A DNA stretch of 64,000 bases from Camelus ferus (taxonomy: Eukaryota). The notes beneath the pieces are model-generated. The model made no database searches and had not been told where the DNA came from. It was given only the letters and a program-made list of their open reading frames with translations. This document shows, piece by piece, positions 60,321 to 64,000 of the stretch. The DNA lies in NCBI RefSeq assembly GCF_009834535.1, contig NC_045696.1, forward strand, positions 9,054,001-9,118,000, in the 5' to 3' direction. The translations under genes and the position numbers were made by a program. Numbering within the stretch: position 1 is the stretch's first letter; each line of letters starts with the position of its first letter.

Positions 60321-63300
60321 AGCCACATGGAGAATTTTGTTCTGTGCTCGAGGGAAGGGGTTCCATGGAGGGCTTTGGAAGGATGAGAGAGAGAGTGATG
60401 GGGCTTTATTTTGCTAATCAGATGGAATATCCTTCCAGTCATGCTTTCTGGGAAAGATAGTGAGTTTGGTTTGCCTACTGGAGGCAAATTTTCTGTAGGA
60501 ACATTGAGGACCTTGAATTTGTAATTCTCTGATCTTCAGTGTGTGGGGTCTTCATCTCCCTCCTTGGATCCCCTCTTAGATCCAGTACAGCCAATGATGA
60601 CATCCAGCACAAGGCTGCAGAGTGACATTTTATCTCCTCGACCCTTGAAGAACGTGTGGTAGTAATTGATCAGGCTTGTTGTCGGTCTTGTCTTCAAGGA
60701 TGACTTCAGATTGGGATCCGCCTGCCAAAGATGACGTGAGAAACTTACTCACTGTCAGAGATTCCAGAGAGGCTCTTCCCAGCTGTGAAGATGCCGACCC
60801 AGTAAAATACAACCCTGGGCATTCCAGCTGGGGTGGGGGTGCCAGCTGCCAGGCGTTCCAGGGGAGCAGGGAATAACTTTCAACGTGTCAAGGCCATGCA
60901 GCAGTCCTGCCGGTGCAGCAGGAAAATCACAAAGTAGCGCCACCCTCCACTCCGGGTATTGGCAGGAAATTCAAAGGGAGCTTAAAAGATGTGAGGTAGG
61001 CAAGAGGGCCCAGCTGCAGCCAAATGCCAGGTTCTTCCTCTTGGGTGACAACTTCAGTGCTGGGAAATAGTGCCCAGCTGGTGAGCGCTGCAGGTGTACT
61101 TAGAGCCCCACTCCCCGGGGGCGGAGCTTCAAGAAGGAAGTTAAGGGGGAGCAAGAAAAATCAGTGTCCTTTACGGGCATGGAGATAGGTGCCCGGGACG
61201 AGGGTGGGATTGTGGATACCTTGTGTTAAGTAGTGCAGGATGTTTGGCAAACAGACGGTTCCTGGGCTTCAAAATAGACAGAATCTATAATGTGGAGTTT
61301 CAGAGTAGATATTCAATTAAATAATTGGTGGGGCCTGGGGGTGCCAGGCATTCATCTAATCTGACTCCAATTTGACTCAAGTCTAGAGTTGAAACTGCAG
61401 TGATTTGGATGGCAACAGAGATGATTTCCTGGGATATGAATGAGTCACATAGAATCCTAATGGTGTTTATAGACTGTAGACAGCTAGGGGATGGAGGCGT
61501 GGGTCTTTAAAAAGTAAAATATAGTCTCTCTCTCTCTGTCTCTCCCCGCCTCTCCTGTCATCTCTGTCTCTCCTGTTTCCCCATCACTCTGTCAAATGGG
61601 GTGAGCATGTTGGTATAAGAAAGAAGTCCTACCTTAATAAAGAACATGATTTCTACCCCTGTACAGATCAATAAAATCTACCCAGGACTTCTCTTTCAAC
61701 AACTGGGCAGTAGCAGCAGGTTTCAAGGTTTACAGGACAGATGGGAAAAAAGCAGGAATGAGATGGTCTTAAAATATTGAGGCCTGGACATTTACATCAA
61801 AAATAAGAATTTCTTCATCCTGTCTTAGAAAGGGCCAAATCAAACTCTCTTGGTGATGGCAAAGATGTGTCCTTGGAGGCCTGGTTTGTGGTCCAGCGCT
61901 GAATGAGAGCTGGGCCTGGGATCACAAGACAGTCTGGACTTTGAGCCGCCTCTTTTGTGAGCCAGAAAGCTGAGTGTTTCCATTTCCCCCCGCGCATGCT
62001 TCCATCAGCAGGATGAAATCCTCAGGTGCAGAAGCAACAGGCTGGATTGGAGGTGGGGTGAGGTCAGGTTAAGGCTGCATTTCCAGTAATCCTTGGTCCA
62101 TTTGGGAAAATTCAATGGTTCATTCTACCATGGACAGGGTGACAAGAACAGGGTCAAAACTCCTGGTTGCTGCTCTCACTTGGCTGGTGACACACCCTTA
62201 GCTGCGCCCTGTATTCACCTTGCTGTTCTCTCTGCAGCACGAGGAGAGGGCAGATTTCATTCAGGGTCCTCTGGGATTTGCTGTGATGCTAAGTCTGCAA
62301 CTCAAACACTGTAGCAAGAGTTCCCACTGCAAAGCCATGGAGGGCTTCATTATTCCACGTACAAGGACTATCCTAGTTACGGTTTTGGGGCCTCTTATTC
62401 TCTAGAGTCATTTGCTACAACAAACTTCGGATGCAGCCAGAGATGCTCCACCTTCTGTAGAGTGTCACCATCATGGGTGGGTCTGGTGTCACATCAGTCC
62501 CTTGGCCTGAGTTTCTACAAGCAGACAATGGCTGGCAGGGCCAGGATGAACAACATCACAGCTTTGTATTTTTAAGTTGTTCTTTCTTGAGTTCTACCGG
62601 TTACTGAAGGCAGCTACCATAGCTTTCTCACATCTTCATTTTCTCAATAGCCGAGGGTAATGAAAAAGGTTTTCCACTTTAAAGAAATCTTACATGCGTG
62701 GGATTAATGAGCATAAATGGGTTATTTTGAAAATATGCTGAATAAATAGATGCAACAAAGTTGGAAGGTCCATACCTGTGCTCTACCAAAAGCGTATCTA
62801 AAAGAAAAATTCTAAAGAGTATTTGTTCTACTTTCACTGACTTTACTTCATGAGTGTTTCAGAGATACTGTTCCATTGGCTGGGAAGGCAGCCCTCACTG
62901 TAGACACACCGGCCCTTTTCAGTCTGAGGGTAGGAAGTGTTTATTTCTCATCTCGAGGAGGCAGCAGGCTCCTCCTTCTAAGGATAGCAGCCACCCCCTG
63001 AGAATGGACAAAGAGGGGCCATGATGATGCGTAAGACCCTCCGGCTGAAGCTGTGCCTTTGTGCTGGTCTTCTGGAAATTTCATGGATTCATGGGGTCAG
63101 TGAGGTAATTCAGAAGGCTCCCAGAATCGATTTAAAATAAGACATCGATGAGTCATCTCTTTTTACAGACAGCTTTTCTCCTTCTTGTTCACTCATCATC
63201 ATCAAAGTGAAAATCATGAGTTAAGTATGTGAAGTAAGTAAATTTGTTTGGCGTGTAGTTGTGTCTACACATACTAAGTTTCCCACTCGTGGGAGTCTCC

Positions 63301-63402
63301 CATTACTGTTCCTCTCTTTTACTCACTCGCCTGCACACCCGTTATTTTCCGACCAGCTGTCTGCTTGCTCCCTTGATATCGAGATATGCTCTCACCCAGC
63401 CA

Positions 63403-64000
63403 AAGTCAAGTCCTTGGCATCCCACGTACAGTCATAACTGCATCTCCACTCGCTCAGGTCCTTTGCCATGGAAGATTAAGATGGATTAAGATAGCCTGAT
63501 GACTTTTTCAGACTGGGAAGTGATTTCAAATATATTGGGATTCAGGGGAGCAGTACATTGGAAAGGGAGTTGATGATTGGAAAACAGCCCAACGTGAACA
63601 TGACTTTCAAAATAGGAGGAAATATTTGAACTCACCACTTCTTTGGCTGTTTAATGAAGCTGTGTTGTTCTTTCACCAACGTGTTTCACTATAATGCTGA
63701 GTTCTGTTAAGGAGAACATGAGGCAAAAATCCCATTTGTAGTCACTTGGTCTTGTTTCTCTACAAAAACAATAGACTCAAATGTATTTGTTGTTCTTGTA
63801 TGTTTTACATTCATTCCTGCACTCAACAAATATCTATCTTTAGTGCCCACTATGTGCCTGACATGTTCTAGGTGCTGGGAATATAGCAATGAACAAATAG
63901 GCAAAAATCCCTGACCTCAGAAAATTTATATTCAGACAGGGAAGTCAAAAAATAAATAAGTCAAGTCCTTGGCATCTCAAATATAGTCATAACTGGATCT
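63403..64000 (+). repeat. Direct repeat: 63403-63445 recurs at 63958-64000
   Basis: AAGTCAAGTCCTTGGCATCCCACGTACAGTCATAACTGCATCT versus AAGTCAAGTCCTTGGCATCTCAAATATAGTCATAACTGGATCT, 38/43 identical, ungapped. Confidence 0.9.
63805..63957 (-). mobile_element. L2 3' end
   Basis: CATTCATTC...CTCAACAAATATCTA...GTGCCCACTATGTGCCTGACATGTTCTAGGTGCTGGGAATATAGCAATGAACAA...AAAATCCCTGACCTCA. Confidence 0.85.

Larger units (their letters stand above)
18652..64000 (+). other. RUNX1: RUNX1 large intron downstream of the first coding exon (continues past the window end)
   Basis: Starts with GTGAGT. I saw neither the next RUNX1c exon (ECILGMNPSRDVH) nor Runt-domain sequence in the window. This intron is known to exceed 100 kb in mammals. 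Confidence 0.9.

Noticed and set aside
214..63904. The many 60-173 aa ORFs in the six-frame track (e.g. 50124-50645, 46331-46780, 24769-25206)
   Set aside because: I recognised no protein family. Many start at non-ATG codons, overlap in several frames, or run through microsatellites and repeats. This is the expected background for mammalian intronic and intergenic DNA.
1..64000. CRISPR arrays, operons, prophage or other prokaryote-type systems
   Set aside because: The sequence is mammalian, and I saw no regularly spaced repeat-spacer array or dense coding region.

Overview
Mammalian genomic DNA, not microbial. It is most likely from a camelid: there is a Vic-1-like tRNA-Ala SINE and artiodactyl-type L1 3' ends, and I saw no Alu, BovB/Bov-tA or PRE-1. 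The window covers the distal (P1) end of RUNX1 on the + strand. About 18 kb of upstream sequence is followed by the P1 promoter (~17.9-18.2 kb), the spliced P1 5'UTR and the 58-nt first coding exon (18594-18651, [23 protein letters not shown]1c N-terminus). The remaining ~45 kb is the start of the very large following intron. That intron holds a clear ortholog of the Runx1 +23 haematopoietic stem-cell enhancer (~39.6-39.8 kb), a GATA/E-box/RUNX cluster just downstream of it, and a probable +3-type element. The rest is interspersed repeats (L1, L2, MIR, MLT1, Tigger and hAT MITEs) and microsatellites. None of the ORFs in the supplied track looks like a real gene, and the real coding exon is too short to appear there. 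I found no new multi-gene system. The most interesting observations are an apparent loss of the usual P1 5'UTR splice donor, a strong-Kozak uORF in the UTR intron, a perfect inverted repeat around the +23 GATA site, an unassigned 71-bp inverted repeat upstream, and a tandem duplication at the window end. Repeat family names and human/mouse comparisons come from recalled consensus or reference sequences, and repeat boundaries are approximate.
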